From the NCBI GenBank assembly GCA_963790475.1, contig CAWBOS010000012.1, positions 1,056,001 through 1,120,000 of the forward strand: a stretch of 64,000 nucleotides of DNA. The letters are read 5' to 3'. Under the pieces are notes generated by a model. That model made no database searches. It saw only the letters and a list, made by a program, of their open reading frames with translations, and was not told the DNA's origin. The position numbers were made by a program, and so were the translations under genes. This DNA is from an uncultured delta proteobacterium (GTDB lineage Bacteria > Desulfobacterota > RBG-13-43-22). Each line of letters starts with the position of its first letter. Positions within the stretch are counted from its first letter, which is position 1. Below are positions 50,807 to 61,568 of the stretch, piece by piece.

Positions 50807-51763
50807 TTACAGTTTTTTAAGCACTTCCGGATAACCTTCCACCAGTCTTTGCACCACCTCGCCGGCGCTGATAATCTCTTTTATGAGCCCGGCGGAAGAG
50901 CCGCAATAGGCTTCTCCATTATCCAGATCACCCTCGATTCCTGCCCTCCTGGAAGCGGCATGGCCCATAAAATCCCTGATTTCATCTGTTGTGGCTCCGG
51001 CAGCTTCCATTCCCAAAAGGACCTGGGTGAATTCGGTTGTCTTGAGGCTTCTGGTGGGAATCATTTGGCGGCAGGTGATCACCGTGTCCGTATCACCGGC
51101 CTTGACAATGGCTTCCTTATATCTTTGGCTGGCAATGTTTTCATGTACGGCCACAAATCGGGTTCCCAGTTGAACCCCTTCGGCCCCCAGGGCAAAGGCG
51201 GCGACCATACCCCGGGAATCGGCGATACCGCCGGCGGCAATGACCGGAACGCTTACCGCATCAGCCACCTGCGGGATTAAAGAGAAAAGAGGCAATTCAT
51301 CTAATCCATTTCGGGCTGCCGCTTCAACGCCCTCGGCGATGAGGGCATCAACACCGGCCGATTCAGCAACCTTGGCCTGTTTGACCGAACTGATGACATG
51401 GAGAACCCTGGATTTACCGCTTTGCAATAATTCCGTGTAAAGCCGGGGATCGCCGGCCGCGGTAACTACGACTTTGATCTTGTTCGTTAGAATAAGGTCC
51501 AGGAGAAGTCCGCAGTCTCTGAGATCCAGGGGGATATTTACCCCGAAAGGCTTTCGAGTCAAGCCCTTGGCCTTCTTGATCTGGGCGCTCAGATTTTCAA
51601 CCGGATCGTCATGGGGAGGCATACCGGCCATGGGACTGATGACCCCCAGTCCCCCGGCATTGGATACCGCGGCCGCCAGTGAGGCATCGGCCAGCCAGAG
51701 CATTCCACCTTGCAATATGGGATACTTGATGCCCAGGAGTTGACTGACTCTTGTTTTTTTCAT
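50807..51763 (-). CDS. Nitronate monooxygenase / FabK-like flavin oxidoreductase
   Basis: YPILQGGM, AVSNAGGLG, IAAGGIAD and GVQLGTRF motifs. Confidence 0.9.
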   Translation of the reverse strand: MKKTRVSQLLGIKYPILQGGMLWLADASLAAAVSNAGGLGVISPMAGMPPHDDPVENLSAQIKKAKGLTRKPFGVNIPLDLRDCGLLLDLILTNKIKVVVTAAGDPRLYTELLQSGKSRVLHVISSVKQAKVAESAGVDALIAEGVEAAARNGLDELPLFSLIPQVADAVSVPVIAAGGIADSRGMVAAFALGAEGVQLGTRFVAVHENIASQRYKEAIVKAGDTDTVITCRQMIPTRSLKTTEFTQVLLGMEAAGATTDEIRDFMGHAASRRAGIEGDLDNGEAYCGSSAGLIKEIISAGEVVQRLVEGYPEVLKKL

Positions 51764-51779
51764 TTTATTTTTTCGATTT

Positions 51780-51913
51780 CTTTTGCCACAGACAAGACAG
51801 ACTAAGACGGACGGAAAGGTATGTTCTGATTGACGACCTGTCAATCAGAACCCTGCCGTGAAGGTCTACAGGGGAAAAGGTCTGTCTGAGTCTGTGTGGG
51901 TCCGCGGCAAAAA
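51780..51913. repeat. MITE-like inverted-repeat element
   Basis: ttttttgccacagacaagacagac ... gtctgtgtgggtccgcggcaaaaa. Confidence 0.6.
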
Positions 51914-51918
51914 TTATT

Positions 51919-52059
51919 TTAATCCGAGGAAGGTTTCTTTTTGGGCTGTTGAACCTCCATTTCCTTATCACAGCAAATCGGATTACTTTCACTGGCCTTG
52001 GTGCAGAGAATGACGGTTCCGCATTCCTTACATTCGTATCTTTTCCCTAATTGACTCAT
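51919..52059 (-). CDS. Desulforedoxin-like mini-protein B (46 aa, absent from the ORF track)
   Basis: Hand translation MSQLGKRYECKECGTVILCTKASESNPICCDKEMEVQQPKKKPSSD; TAAGGAG RBS. Confidence 0.85.
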   Translation of the reverse strand: MSQLGKRYECKECGTVILCTKASESNPICCDKEMEVQQPKKKPSSD

Positions 52060-52069
52060 AGGTTTCTCC

Positions 52070-52189
52070 TTATTTTTTAATTTCCATCGGTTTTCCACAG
52101 CAAATCAATATGCCTTTGCCGCCTTTGGTGACGATATAAGTTGCCCCGCATTTTTCACAGGTATACTTCTTACCGACTTGATTGGCCAT
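52070..52189 (-). CDS. Desulforedoxin-like mini-protein A (39 aa, absent from the ORF track)
   Basis: Hand translation MANQVGKKYTCEKCGATYIVTKGGKGILICCGKPMEIKK; CxxC-x15-CC; AAGGAG RBS. Confidence 0.88.
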   Translation of the reverse strand: MANQVGKKYTCEKCGATYIVTKGGKGILICCGKPMEIKK

Positions 52190-52307
52190 AATCGTTTACT
52201 CCTTTTTTCATTCCCTACTTAATCCTAAGTTATTATTTTATCACAATTATTGTGAGAAAGATCAATTGCACAGAATTGTATATAAAATATCAGACTCCGC
52301 TAAAATG

Positions 52308-53873
52308 TCAATTAGGATTTTTTCCATATTTTTCCAGGAGATTCTTCCGGGAAAGCTTTCCCAGGGCGCTCCTGGGTAATTCATCAACAAAGATCACCGA
52401 ACGGGGACGCTTAAAAGAGGCTAGTCTGGTTCTCGAGAATTCAATAATCTCCTCTTCGGAAGCGGTTTCTCCTTCTTCAAGAACGACCAGGGCCCGGGGC
52501 TCCTGACCCCACTCCTCGCTGGGAACTCCGATAACCGCCGCATCTCTAACTTTCGGATGGATAACCAGCACTTCTTCTACCTCCCGGGGGGAGATATTCT
52601 CTCCGCCCCGAATGATCAGGTCATCGGCCCGGCCGGCGAGATAGATATAGCCATCCTCATCCATATAACCCATGTCCGATGTTCGGAGCCATCCGTCCGG
52701 GGTAAAAGCCTGGGCGGTTTTCTCCGCATCCTGCCAGTATCCGCCCATGATACGCGGCCCCCGGGCCACAATCTCCCCGGTAACATTGATCGGTGCCGGA
52801 TTCCCCTTCTCATCAATGATCCTGACCTCTACATCCGGCAGCGCCCGGCCGATGGATGAGGAAAGCCTTTTCAGTTTCTTGGCCTTTTCCTCTTCCGTTC
52901 CGCTGAGATCGTGGTCCTCAGGACCCAAAGTGGCAATGGTCGATCCGGTTTCGGTCTGGCCGAAGGCGTTGATAAAAAAAACACCAGGGAAGGCGGCGAT
53001 GGCTTTTTTGATAACTTCAAAAGGCATAGCCGCCGCTCCATAGGTGATGATTTTAAGACTTGAAAGATCATACTGATTGAAATCGGGAGAATCGATGACC
53101 TGCTTGATCATGGTCGGAACCAGCATGGCCCGGTTGACTTTTTCACGCTGCACGGTTTCCAGCCATTCCTTGACCTCGAATTGCCTCATCAGGATCAAGG
53201 TGCGTCCGCCATAGACCGCCGCCAGAACGGCTTGTATCCCGGCAACATGGTACAAGGGAACCGTGAGAATATTCTTTTCTTCGGTTTCCGGGTCGGCCGG
53301 GTCGACATTGGCCAGGATATAGGAAGAAAAACTTTCATGAGTCAGGGGAACGGCCTTGGGTCGGCCTGTTGTGCCGGAAGTGAACATTAATATGGTAACG
53401 TCATCATCTTCAATTTCGCAGAAATATTCCTCGTCCGAAGCGGAAGCTATCTGCTCTTCGTAATCAAGCATATTCTCCTCAGGCCCGTCTATGGAGATGC
53501 AGGTTTCAAGTCCGGTCAGGTCGGGAAGTATCTCCCGGACCATTTCGATATATCGTTTTCCGATAAAAAGCACCTTTATTTCCGCCCGGTTGATCATATA
53601 GGTCAGTTCATCGGCCCTGGCCCTGAAATTCAAGGGAACGAAGATGGCCCCGGTTTTGGCGGTGGCAAAATAGGTTTCGATATATTGGGGGCAATTGACG
53701 CTCAGCATTCCGACCCTGGTCCCTTTCTCCAATCCCAGGCCGGCGAGGGTTTGAGTCAATTTATTGATCCGATCATTGGCCTGCTCGTAACTCAATCGAT
53801 TTTTCTCGAAGACCATGAAGTCCCGCTCAGGACAAATGGAAACAGCGATATTTAAAAAATCAGTAGTGTTCAT
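52308..53873 (-). CDS. Long-chain acyl-CoA synthetase family protein
   Basis: FTSGTTGRPK, FGQTE, RGGENI and LPRSALGK motifs. Confidence 0.92.
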   Translation of the reverse strand: MNTTDFLNIAVSICPERDFMVFEKNRLSYEQANDRINKLTQTLAGLGLEKGTRVGMLSVNCPQYIETYFATAKTGAIFVPLNFRARADELTYMINRAEIKVLFIGKRYIEMVREILPDLTGLETCISIDGPEENMLDYEEQIASASDEEYFCEIEDDDVTILMFTSGTTGRPKAVPLTHESFSSYILANVDPADPETEEKNILTVPLYHVAGIQAVLAAVYGGRTLILMRQFEVKEWLETVQREKVNRAMLVPTMIKQVIDSPDFNQYDLSSLKIITYGAAAMPFEVIKKAIAAFPGVFFINAFGQTETGSTIATLGPEDHDLSGTEEEKAKKLKRLSSSIGRALPDVEVRIIDEKGNPAPINVTGEIVARGPRIMGGYWQDAEKTAQAFTPDGWLRTSDMGYMDEDGYIYLAGRADDLIIRGGENISPREVEEVLVIHPKVRDAAVIGVPSEEWGQEPRALVVLEEGETASEEEIIEFSRTRLASFKRPRSVIFVDELPRSALGKLSRKNLLEKYGKNPN

Positions 53874-54000
53874 TTGTTTTCCTTTAATATGAAATTAGCA
53901 TTTTTTAAAAAGGCTTTGGACAACAGGCTATGGGTTTTAATAATTACAACACCTTTAATCTCATTGACTTTGACCTCTGCCTATGGTCTGTGGGAGGCTC

Positions 54001-54753
54001 TTATTTGTTGCCGACCTCCTCAGCATAAAAACCCTGGTGATCCAGTCGCAACGCGAGTCTTCTTTCCAGTTCCAGGCCCTGATCCAGGGAAAGATCCAAT
54101 CCTCGGAGAACAGCCTCCTTGGCGAATCGAATTATCCTGGGGTCATGGGCCGCAATTCGATCGGCTGTTTCCCCGGCTGCGGGAAATAATTGATCCCTGG
54201 TAAGGATCTTGTTTACTAAGCCTATCCGGAGGGCTTCCTCGGCGTCGATCCAGCGGTTGGTCAGCATCATCTCCAGGGCCAATCCGTTTCCGATCGCGCG
54301 GGGTACGGTCTGGGTCCCACCCGCCGCCGGTATGATCCCCAGACCGACTTCGGGCAGGCCGAATTTGGCGTCATCGGAGACCAAGACCAGATCACAACAC
54401 AGGGCGATCTCGATACCCGAGCCCAGGCAATAGCCGTGGACAGCGGCAATCAGGGGCTGGGGCATCCGGGTAAAAAGATTCCAGAGATCGGCGTCAAAGC
54501 GTACTTCCCGGGCCGCGGTCGGGGGAGGCGCGGTCAAAAATTCCTTCAGATCGGCTCCCGCGCAAAAGGCCTTTTCCCCCGCCCCCTTGAAAAGAACCAC
54601 CCTGATCTCATCATCTTCCCGAATGGCGCTGAGCACATCAAATAAATCGTCCCGCATAGCCATATTGTGGATATTCAACACCTCCGGACGGTTCAGGGTA
54701 ACCCCCGCAATCCTGCCTGTTTTTTCGAAGATCAGGGTCTCGAAATCGTTCAT
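54001..54753 (-). CDS. Enoyl-CoA hydratase/isomerase
   Basis: AFCAGADL, GSGIE and PEVGLGIIPAAGGTQ motifs. Confidence 0.92.
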   Translation of the reverse strand: MNDFETLIFEKTGRIAGVTLNRPEVLNIHNMAMRDDLFDVLSAIREDDEIRVVLFKGAGEKAFCAGADLKEFLTAPPPTAAREVRFDADLWNLFTRMPQPLIAAVHGYCLGSGIEIALCCDLVLVSDDAKFGLPEVGLGIIPAAGGTQTVPRAIGNGLALEMMLTNRWIDAEEALRIGLVNKILTRDQLFPAAGETADRIAAHDPRIIRFAKEAVLRGLDLSLDQGLELERRLALRLDHQGFYAEEVGNK

Positions 54754-55520
54754 TTTCCCTCGAATGCCGGATTTCTTTTTTCTCGAAAAGCCTTAATTCC
54801 CTCCTGCCGGTCCTGGGTGGTATGGAGCAGAAAGTACAGATCTGCTTCCAATCTTAGTCCCTGTTCCAGGGTCATGTCCATCCCTTTCATAACCGCTTCC
54901 TTGGCGTACCATAAGGCTACCGGCCCTTTGGCCGACAGCTCTGCCGCCAGCATCAAAGCCGAAGGCATCAGCTCATTCTGTGGAAAAACACGGTTGATCA
55001 GCCCGATGCGGTTTGCCTCTTGAGAATTGACCTTCAAACCGCTAAGAATCATCTCCAATGCCTTGGTCCGTCCCACCAGGCGCGGCAGCCGCTGGGTACC
55101 TCCATCAAAGGGGATCTCATTACTGCTTATTTGGGACATGGAGAAATGAGACTGATCGGAAGAAATTCTTATATCACAGGCCAGAGCCAGTTCCAGTCCC
55201 TGGCCATAAGCGTTTCCCCGGATTGCGGCAATGGTCGGCTGGGTCAAGGAATAGATGTGAGAAGTCAATGACAGATTGTTGATCAGGTCTTCTCTTTGAT
55301 CGAATAATCTATAGGCCTCAGGATCAGTCCCGATAGAAAAATCCAAACCATTTCCCGTAATCAAGAAGACGGTTATCCCGCTGTCCCACCCGATCCCGGC
55401 CCGGATGGCCTTCAGGTTCGAGGCCATCTCCACTGTGATCGCGTTTTTATATTCAGGCCGGTTGAGGGTGATGATGCCTATGGGACCTCTTTTTTCAAAA
55501 AGAACTGTCTTTTCGTTCAT
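54750..55520 (-). CDS. Enoyl-CoA hydratase/isomerase (divergent)
   Basis: LNRPE, GQGLELALACD and GGTQRLPRLVG motifs; the usual PE glutamate appears as SQ; 4-bp overlap with the next gene. Confidence 0.88.
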   Translation of the reverse strand: MNEKTVLFEKRGPIGIITLNRPEYKNAITVEMASNLKAIRAGIGWDSGITVFLITGNGLDFSIGTDPEAYRLFDQREDLINNLSLTSHIYSLTQPTIAAIRGNAYGQGLELALACDIRISSDQSHFSMSQISSNEIPFDGGTQRLPRLVGRTKALEMILSGLKVNSQEANRIGLINRVFPQNELMPSALMLAAELSAKGPVALWYAKEAVMKGMDMTLEQGLRLEADLYFLLHTTQDRQEGIKAFREKRNPAFEGK

Positions 55521-55552
55521 GGCCTAATCCCATTTCAAAGACATACAAGAAG

Positions 55553-56689
55553 TTATTTCTTTAACAGATGGATGATGCACACGCCCCCTGCTCCGACCAT
55601 ATGGGCCAAAGCCCAATTGACGGGTTTTTTAATCTGACGTTTTCCGCATTCCCTCCGCATCTGCCACAAGATCTCGGCCACCTGACCCACACCCGTCGGT
55701 CCTAGGGGATGCCCCATGGAAATAAGGCCGCCGCTGCTGTTGATCGGATATTTGCCGGCAAGGGAAGTTGCTCCGTCTTCGATCAGCAGGCCCCCTTCAC
55801 CCTCAGGGCACAAACCAAGGGCTTCGGAGTAGATGATCTCTTCGATGGTAAAGGCATCGTGCATCTCGATCAGGTCCAGATCTTCCGGACCTATCCCGGC
55901 CTTATCATAGGCAATTCGAGCGGAAGTCTTGGTAATATTGAATAAGAAATCCCCATCAGGAGGGGTACTTTTGAGAACCGAGGCCACAATAGACGGACAT
56001 AATTTATCTGTAAATTTTTTAACCAGTTCTTTGGCACAGACGATAACCGCCGCAGCCCCTTCATCCCAGGGACAACAATGCAATACCGTTAACGGATCAG
56101 CGACCATCCGGGCGGCATTGACCTCTTCCAGAGTGACGGCCTTCTGAAAGTGGGCATAGGGATTCAGACTGGCGTTGTAATGACTCTTGACCGAGACCTG
56201 TCCCAACTGGTCCCGGGTTATGCCGTGTTCCTGCATATAATACTGGGCCAGGGCGGCGAAATTAACGACCGGGAGGCGCCTTAAGGAGTCGGTTTCTTTA
56301 TTCTCTTGCTTTACCTGCGAGGTTCCCTTATTTGATGACGATCTCATGAAAGGAATGTTTAATTTATGGACACCAAAGGCCAAAACAATATCGTTGGCTC
56401 CGGAGGCGACCGAAAGAAAGGCCTCCCGGAAGGCCGAGGAGCCACTGGCCGAGGCATTCTCGACGTTGGTAATCCCCAGACCGGTCAGGCCCATCTTATT
56501 ACATATTTGATGCCCCGTGGAGATACCCGGCTGAACTGTGCCGCAGTAGGCTTCCTCGATATCTTTCCATTCCATATGGGCATCTTTAAGCGCGTTCTTA
56601 ATCGCTTCGGTACCGAAGTCGATTATCGATTCGTCCGGAAAAATACCGTAACGATGAAGCCCGGCTCCGATAACAACTACATCTCGCAC
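55553..56689 (-). CDS. SCP2-type thiolase-like protein lacking the nucleophilic Cys
   Basis: ENASASGS instead of ENAC; HDAF and GHPLG retained; start uncertain (GTG 56689 or TTG 56707). Confidence 0.88.
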   Translation of the reverse strand: MRDVVVIGAGLHRYGIFPDESIIDFGTEAIKNALKDAHMEWKDIEEAYCGTVQPGISTGHQICNKMGLTGLGITNVENASASGSSAFREAFLSVASGANDIVLAFGVHKLNIPFMRSSSNKGTSQVKQENKETDSLRRLPVVNFAALAQYYMQEHGITRDQLGQVSVKSHYNASLNPYAHFQKAVTLEEVNAARMVADPLTVLHCCPWDEGAAAVIVCAKELVKKFTDKLCPSIVASVLKSTPPDGDFLFNITKTSARIAYDKAGIGPEDLDLIEMHDAFTIEEIIYSEALGLCPEGEGGLLIEDGATSLAGKYPINSSGGLISMGHPLGPTGVGQVAEILWQMRRECGKRQIKKPVNWALAHMVGAGGVCIIHLLKK

Positions 56690-56940
56690 AGCAACAATCC
56701 TTTCCAATTAATTTCCAACAGGATAGACAAATCTTGAAAAAAAACCAAGGCAAAAAAGTTCAACTTACTTATTCAATGATAATGGGATCTTATATGATGC
56801 TCAGGGAAAGGTTGTTAAGATATCGTTAGTTTTCTGTCAAATCTTATATGAAAGGGGGGATGGGGCAACAAGAAATAAATTGACAGGATATCGGATTTTA
56901 CATAAAATTTATCCACAAAAAAACAGCAGTTAAAAAAACC

Positions 56941-57276
56941 ATGCCGATTTATGAATATGAATGCAGTGCCTGCGGGGCACTGGTCAGTATCCTGGTCAAT
57001 AGACACGAAGACCCCCAGGGATTGGCTTGTGATGCCTGCGGGTCGAAGGTGCTTAAGCGGATCATTTCCCAGGTCAATTTTCACCTACCTCAGGGGGATC
57101 GTCTTTCCTCCTATTCTCCCAACAACGAAAGAAACGAAAGCTATTACCGGGATTCCAGAAATATCGGGCTCCGGGCCGAACAGATGCTCAAAAAGGCCGG
57201 GGTGGACCCGGGAGAAGCCTTCAAGTCCAAGCTCGACAACCTTCGCTCTGATCCCTCCAAGGTCTTCAAGGACTGA
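56941..57276 (+). CDS. FmdB-family zinc-ribbon protein
   Basis: MPIYEYECSACG...CDACGS. Confidence 0.88.
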   Translation: MPIYEYECSACGALVSILVNRHEDPQGLACDACGSKVLKRIISQVNFHLPQGDRLSSYSPNNERNESYYRDSRNIGLRAEQMLKKAGVDPGEAFKSKLDNLRSDPSKVFKD

Positions 57277-57310
57277 ATCGGGGTATTATTTTTCAAACTG
57301 AGAACGCAAT

Positions 57311-57589
57311 ATGAAAGATCACGGGATTTCGTTAAATCAGCATTATCCTTATATTCAATTAGATTGCTCTATATTGAGGAATTGTGTGCTCTGCGTTCAA
57401 AATCACCCGGAGCATAAAAGACATATCCCGGAGTGCTTCCAAAATATTCTTCGACCGGCAGTGCAAAGTCTGGCCCGACATATGGAGTTTGAATCAAAGG
57501 AGGAGAGGCCTGAGCCGGGTTCCAGGTCAAAGGAACACCAAGATCAAATACTTTCCGAGTCTATTGCCCGCCATCGGAAATCGAAATGA
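57311..57589 (+). CDS. Small Cys/His-rich hypothetical protein
   Basis: CSILRNCVLCVQNH...PEC; stop overlaps the next ATG (ATGA). Confidence 0.5.
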   Translation: MKDHGISLNQHYPYIQLDCSILRNCVLCVQNHPEHKRHIPECFQNILRPAVQSLARHMEFESKEERPEPGSRSKEHQDQILSESIARHRKSK

Positions 57590-58804
57590 GCGCAATCAGC
57601 AAGAACGGGAAGGCGCTCGAAGGGATCAAGGTTCTAGATCTAAGCCGTCACATCTCCGGTCCTTATTGTACTAAACTCCTGGGGTCCCTGGGGGCCGAAG
57701 TCATCAAGGCGGAACCGCCGGGGCAGGGTGATGAGGCCCGGCATATCGGACCCTTCCGGGAAGACCGGCCCCATCCTGAAAGCAGCGCCCTTTTTCTTTA
57801 CCTCAATACCGGGAAAAAGGGAATTACGCTTAATCTGGAAAAGCCCTCCGGTCAGAACCTGTTGAAGCTTCTGGTCAAGGACACGGATGTACTGGTTGAA
57901 AATTTCAGGCCTGGTTATCTCGACGGTCTGGGACTTGGGTATGAGACCCTTCATGCCATCCAACCGGAACTGATTATGGCCTCTATCACCGATTTTGGAA
58001 AAGACGGCCCTTACCGTGATTTTAAGGGCGGTCGTTTGGTGGGAAATGCCTTGAGCGGGTATCTGTTTGTCAACGGAGATCCGGACCGTGAACCTCTGGC
58101 CGGCGGAGGTGAACAACCGGCCTATCAGGGTGGTTTACATGCCTTCACGGGAATCATGGCCGCCCTGATTGCCAGACAGCGTACCGGCCAGGGACAGCAT
58201 ATCGACATCTCGATCATGGAATGTATGGCCTCACTGCATCAGTTTACCGTCAATCGGTATGTCTATTCGGGAAAGATTCAGAAGAGGGCCGGTAACCGTT
58301 ACCTTTGGAGTCATCCCATCGCCATTTACCCCTGCCGGGATGGACAGGTCTCTATCTCCGCCAGCACGGAAGATCAGGCCGAGAGACTTCTATTACTGAT
58401 GGAGATGCCTCATCTCCTGGAGGATCCCCGTTTTGTAAACGGTTTCCAGCGATTGATTCATGCCGAGAAATTTGACGAACTGGTCAGACCCTGGTTTCTC
58501 CAAAGGACCAAAAAGGAGATTGTCGAATCCTGCCAGGAATGGCGGGTTCCGGCCGCCCCGGTTAATGATGTATCTGATCTGCTTAAAGACAAACAATATG
58601 AAGCCAGGGAGTTTTGGCAGGAACTGGATCATCCCTTGGCGGGCAGGCTTCCTTATGCCGGTCCTCCCTTCAAGATGTCGGAAACACCGGCCCGAGTATC
58701 AGCGTGCCCCTTTGCTCGGAGAGCATAATGAAGAAATATATATGAGCCGCTTGGGTTTGACCCGCGCGGAAATGACAGCAATGAAACAGGAAGAGGTTAT
58801 TTAG
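57586..58804 (+). CDS. CaiB/BaiF family III CoA-transferase (frameshift near 58692)
   Basis: VLDLS...GP, LNTGKKGITL and ENFRPG motifs; C-terminal RAPLLGEHN in another frame. Confidence 0.88.
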
Positions 58805-58915
58805 AAAGAAATTTCGAATATTGAATGTCGGATATCAAATTTCGAATCATGAAAGATTTTGAATTTCCTTTCGGGATTTGATGAAGGTTTATTTCAAGAA
58901 GTCAGGAGGATGTAG

Positions 58916-60306
58916 ATGGTCAAAAAAGCAATTTATTCCGGTTTTTATTTTGATGTTGTTGGGTCACTTTTTTTCTGTCCCTCTTCAGGCCGGAACCGTT
59001 CCTAATCCGGAGGATGTTTACCGGATCGGTTTGCGGGCTTATATTTATGGCTATCCGTTGGTCCTTATGGAAAAGACCCGCCAGGTTTCTATTCAACGGT
59101 TCCCGATGAACCGTTTCAGTCCACGCCGTCGCTTTCCCTCCGGCTACAGCCAGGACGGTAGTCAGACCCAATATCGATACCTTGTATTCCAGTGCCTGGC
59201 TTGATTTGTCCCCGGAACCGATCATCCTGTCCGTCCCGGATACCGGGGGACGCTATTATCTGGTTCAGGTTATGGATGCCTGGACTGAGACCATCGCCGT
59301 ACCGGGCAAAAGGACCACCGGCACCCAGGCCGGGCATTTTGCTATTATTGGGCCGAATTGGAAGGGATCCCTCCCGTCCAATATGCCGGTGATAAAATCT
59401 TCGACCAATCTGGTCTGGGTTCTCGGGCGCACTCAAACCAACACCTCGGCCGACTATACCAATGTCCACACTATTCAAAAGGGCTTCAATCTGGTTCCCT
59501 TGAGTGCCTGGGGCCGTGCTGAGACCTCAATGCCTTCACCGGCGGTTGTTCCGCCCCGCATGGGGGACAACAGTCTGACGCCCCCGGCACAGGTTGCCAG
59601 AATGGACGCTGATACTTTTTTTAAGACTTTCACCGCCTTGCTCAGGGACAATCCGCCCCATGTTGAAGATGCCCCTTTGGTGGCCGAACTCAAAACCATC
59701 GGCATTATTCCCGGGCAACCTTTCGATCCCTCCAAGCTTGATCCCGAGGCCATCCGAGCCCTCGATCGCGCGGTTCGGGATGCCAGGGAAAAAATCATTA
59801 GTCAAATCAGGATGACCGGTATTGTCCGGAAGGCTTGGGGTGTTAACCTCAATATCGGCCGTTACGGGACGGACTACCTGACCCGGGCGGTAATCGCTTT
59901 GGGCGGGTTGGGAGCGCTCCCGCCTGAAGATGCCATCTATACCGGTACGGCCATGGATAATTCAGGCCAACCGCTTGCCGGCGGTAATCGATATGTGCTT
60001 CACTTCGACAAGACCGGCTTCCCACCGGTAAATGCTTTTTGGTCGGTCACCCTTTACAATAGTGAGGGATATTTCGTTCCCAATCCCATCAACCGTTTTG
60101 GGCTCGGAGACCGGGACCCCCTGCGATATAACAGTGACGGATCGTTGGACCTTTATATCCAGCGAGACAGACCGGCAAAAGAGTTGGAGGCCAACTGGCT
60201 CCCGGCTCCGGATGGTGCTTTCAATCTATCCCTGCGTATGTACTGGCCGAAGCCGGAAGTATTAGCCGGGCAGTGGACACCTCCGGTGATTCGGCGTGTC
60301 GAGTAG
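58916..60306 (+). CDS. DUF1254/DUF1214 exported protein (frameshifts near 58925 and 59118)
   Basis: AYIYGYPLV; VVRPNIDTLYSSAWLDL; FWSVTLY; NWLPAP; LRMYWP. Confidence 0.85.
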
Positions 60307-60385
60307 CCGTTTATCCATCCTCCCTCTGTTCCCGGATGAATTCTAAAAAAAGGGAGATGGCCTGAGCTTGATCAGCAGACGCTTA

Positions 60386-61351
60386 CTAGCTTTTTGAGCT
60401 TCCTTTGTGTCCGACCCGCGGGTCATAGACCGCGATGGAGGACTCGTAGGCTTCCAGTTTTTCCGCAGGCAGGTACTTTTTTTCCCACTCGACTACTTTG
60501 GGGAAACCGGCCAGGTCAAAGGTCCCGAACCCGCCCATGGGGTGATCGGCTGTCTTTCGCCTGAAGTCGACATAAGCTTCCATGCCCCGTTCTTTAAACT
60601 CCATCAAAAGATCATACATGGCTACGGACCCTACATGAGCAAGTTGAATTCCCGACATGCAAAGGCCCAGATCAATCAGACCCTGTTCGGTCCTTGGCAT
60701 TGGCACGTGCTGAGTGGTGACCATCAACAGGGAATCCCCCATGGCTTTACGTACCGCTTTGATTTCATCCAGGGATTGCAAAGCCTCCACATAAAGTATA
60801 TCCACCCCGGCATCCAGATAAGCCCGGCCTCGTCGAATGGCTTCTTCCAGACTGCCCCCCACAGCGCCCCGCCCATCAGTCCTGGCCATGATAATGAAAT
60901 CCGGATCCATCTCATCCCTAACGTCCAGGGCGGCCCGATATTTGCCCACGGCCTCTTCCAAGGGAATCAATTCCTTGCCCTTGACATGGCCGCATCGTTT
61001 AGGGGCCAATTGGTCCTCGATAAAGAGTCCTGCCGCTCCGGCTCGAATAATCGATTGCACTGTACGACGGACATTGATGGCGTTTCCGAATCCCGTATCA
61101 CAGTCCACTATCACGGGGATATTGACGGATTGGCAGACCCGTTCGGCATTTTCCACCAATTCGGTCATAGTCATGAATCCGGCATCGGGAAGCCCAAGTA
61201 TTTGCATACTCACGTTGGCCCCGGAGATGCCTACGACCTTAAATCCGGTTTTTTCAGCCAACTGGGCCTGGTGGGCGGTGCCGACCCAAATGGCCGTGAC
61301 CAATTTATCGTTTTTAAAAAGCTCTCTTAAGATGGTGCTCTTTTTATTCAT
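60386..61351 (-). CDS. Isocitrate lyase/PEP mutase family lyase (PrpB/dimethylmalate lyase-like)
   Basis: GLPDAG, DCDTGFG, IEDQLAPKRCGH and ARTD motifs. Confidence 0.9.
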   Translation of the reverse strand: MNKKSTILRELFKNDKLVTAIWVGTAHQAQLAEKTGFKVVGISGANVSMQILGLPDAGFMTMTELVENAERVCQSVNIPVIVDCDTGFGNAINVRRTVQSIIRAGAAGLFIEDQLAPKRCGHVKGKELIPLEEAVGKYRAALDVRDEMDPDFIIMARTDGRGAVGGSLEEAIRRGRAYLDAGVDILYVEALQSLDEIKAVRKAMGDSLLMVTTQHVPMPRTEQGLIDLGLCMSGIQLAHVGSVAMYDLLMEFKERGMEAYVDFRRKTADHPMGGFGTFDLAGFPKVVEWEKKYLPAEKLEAYESSIAVYDPRVGHKGSSKS

Positions 61352-61369
61352 GATGTTTCCCCTTCCCTA

Positions 61370-61526
61370 ACAGGTTGCTGAAAAAGGCCCATCAATCCCG
61401 CCTACGGGATTCCCCTCATTCCTCCCCGGCTTTCGCCGGGGCAGGCTTATTACGACGTACTTCTGCATACGCCTCATTCCTCGGAATTTCGGGCGCCTTG
61501 TATCTGAACCTTTTTGAGCAACCTGT
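61370..61526. mobile_element. MITE with about 18-bp terminal inverted repeats and nested hairpins
   Basis: acaggttgctgaaaaagg ... cctttttgagcaacctgt. Confidence 0.7.
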
Positions 61527-61568
61527 AACATGCAGTTCTTCCGCATCCAATTAAGGTTTATCCCGTCA

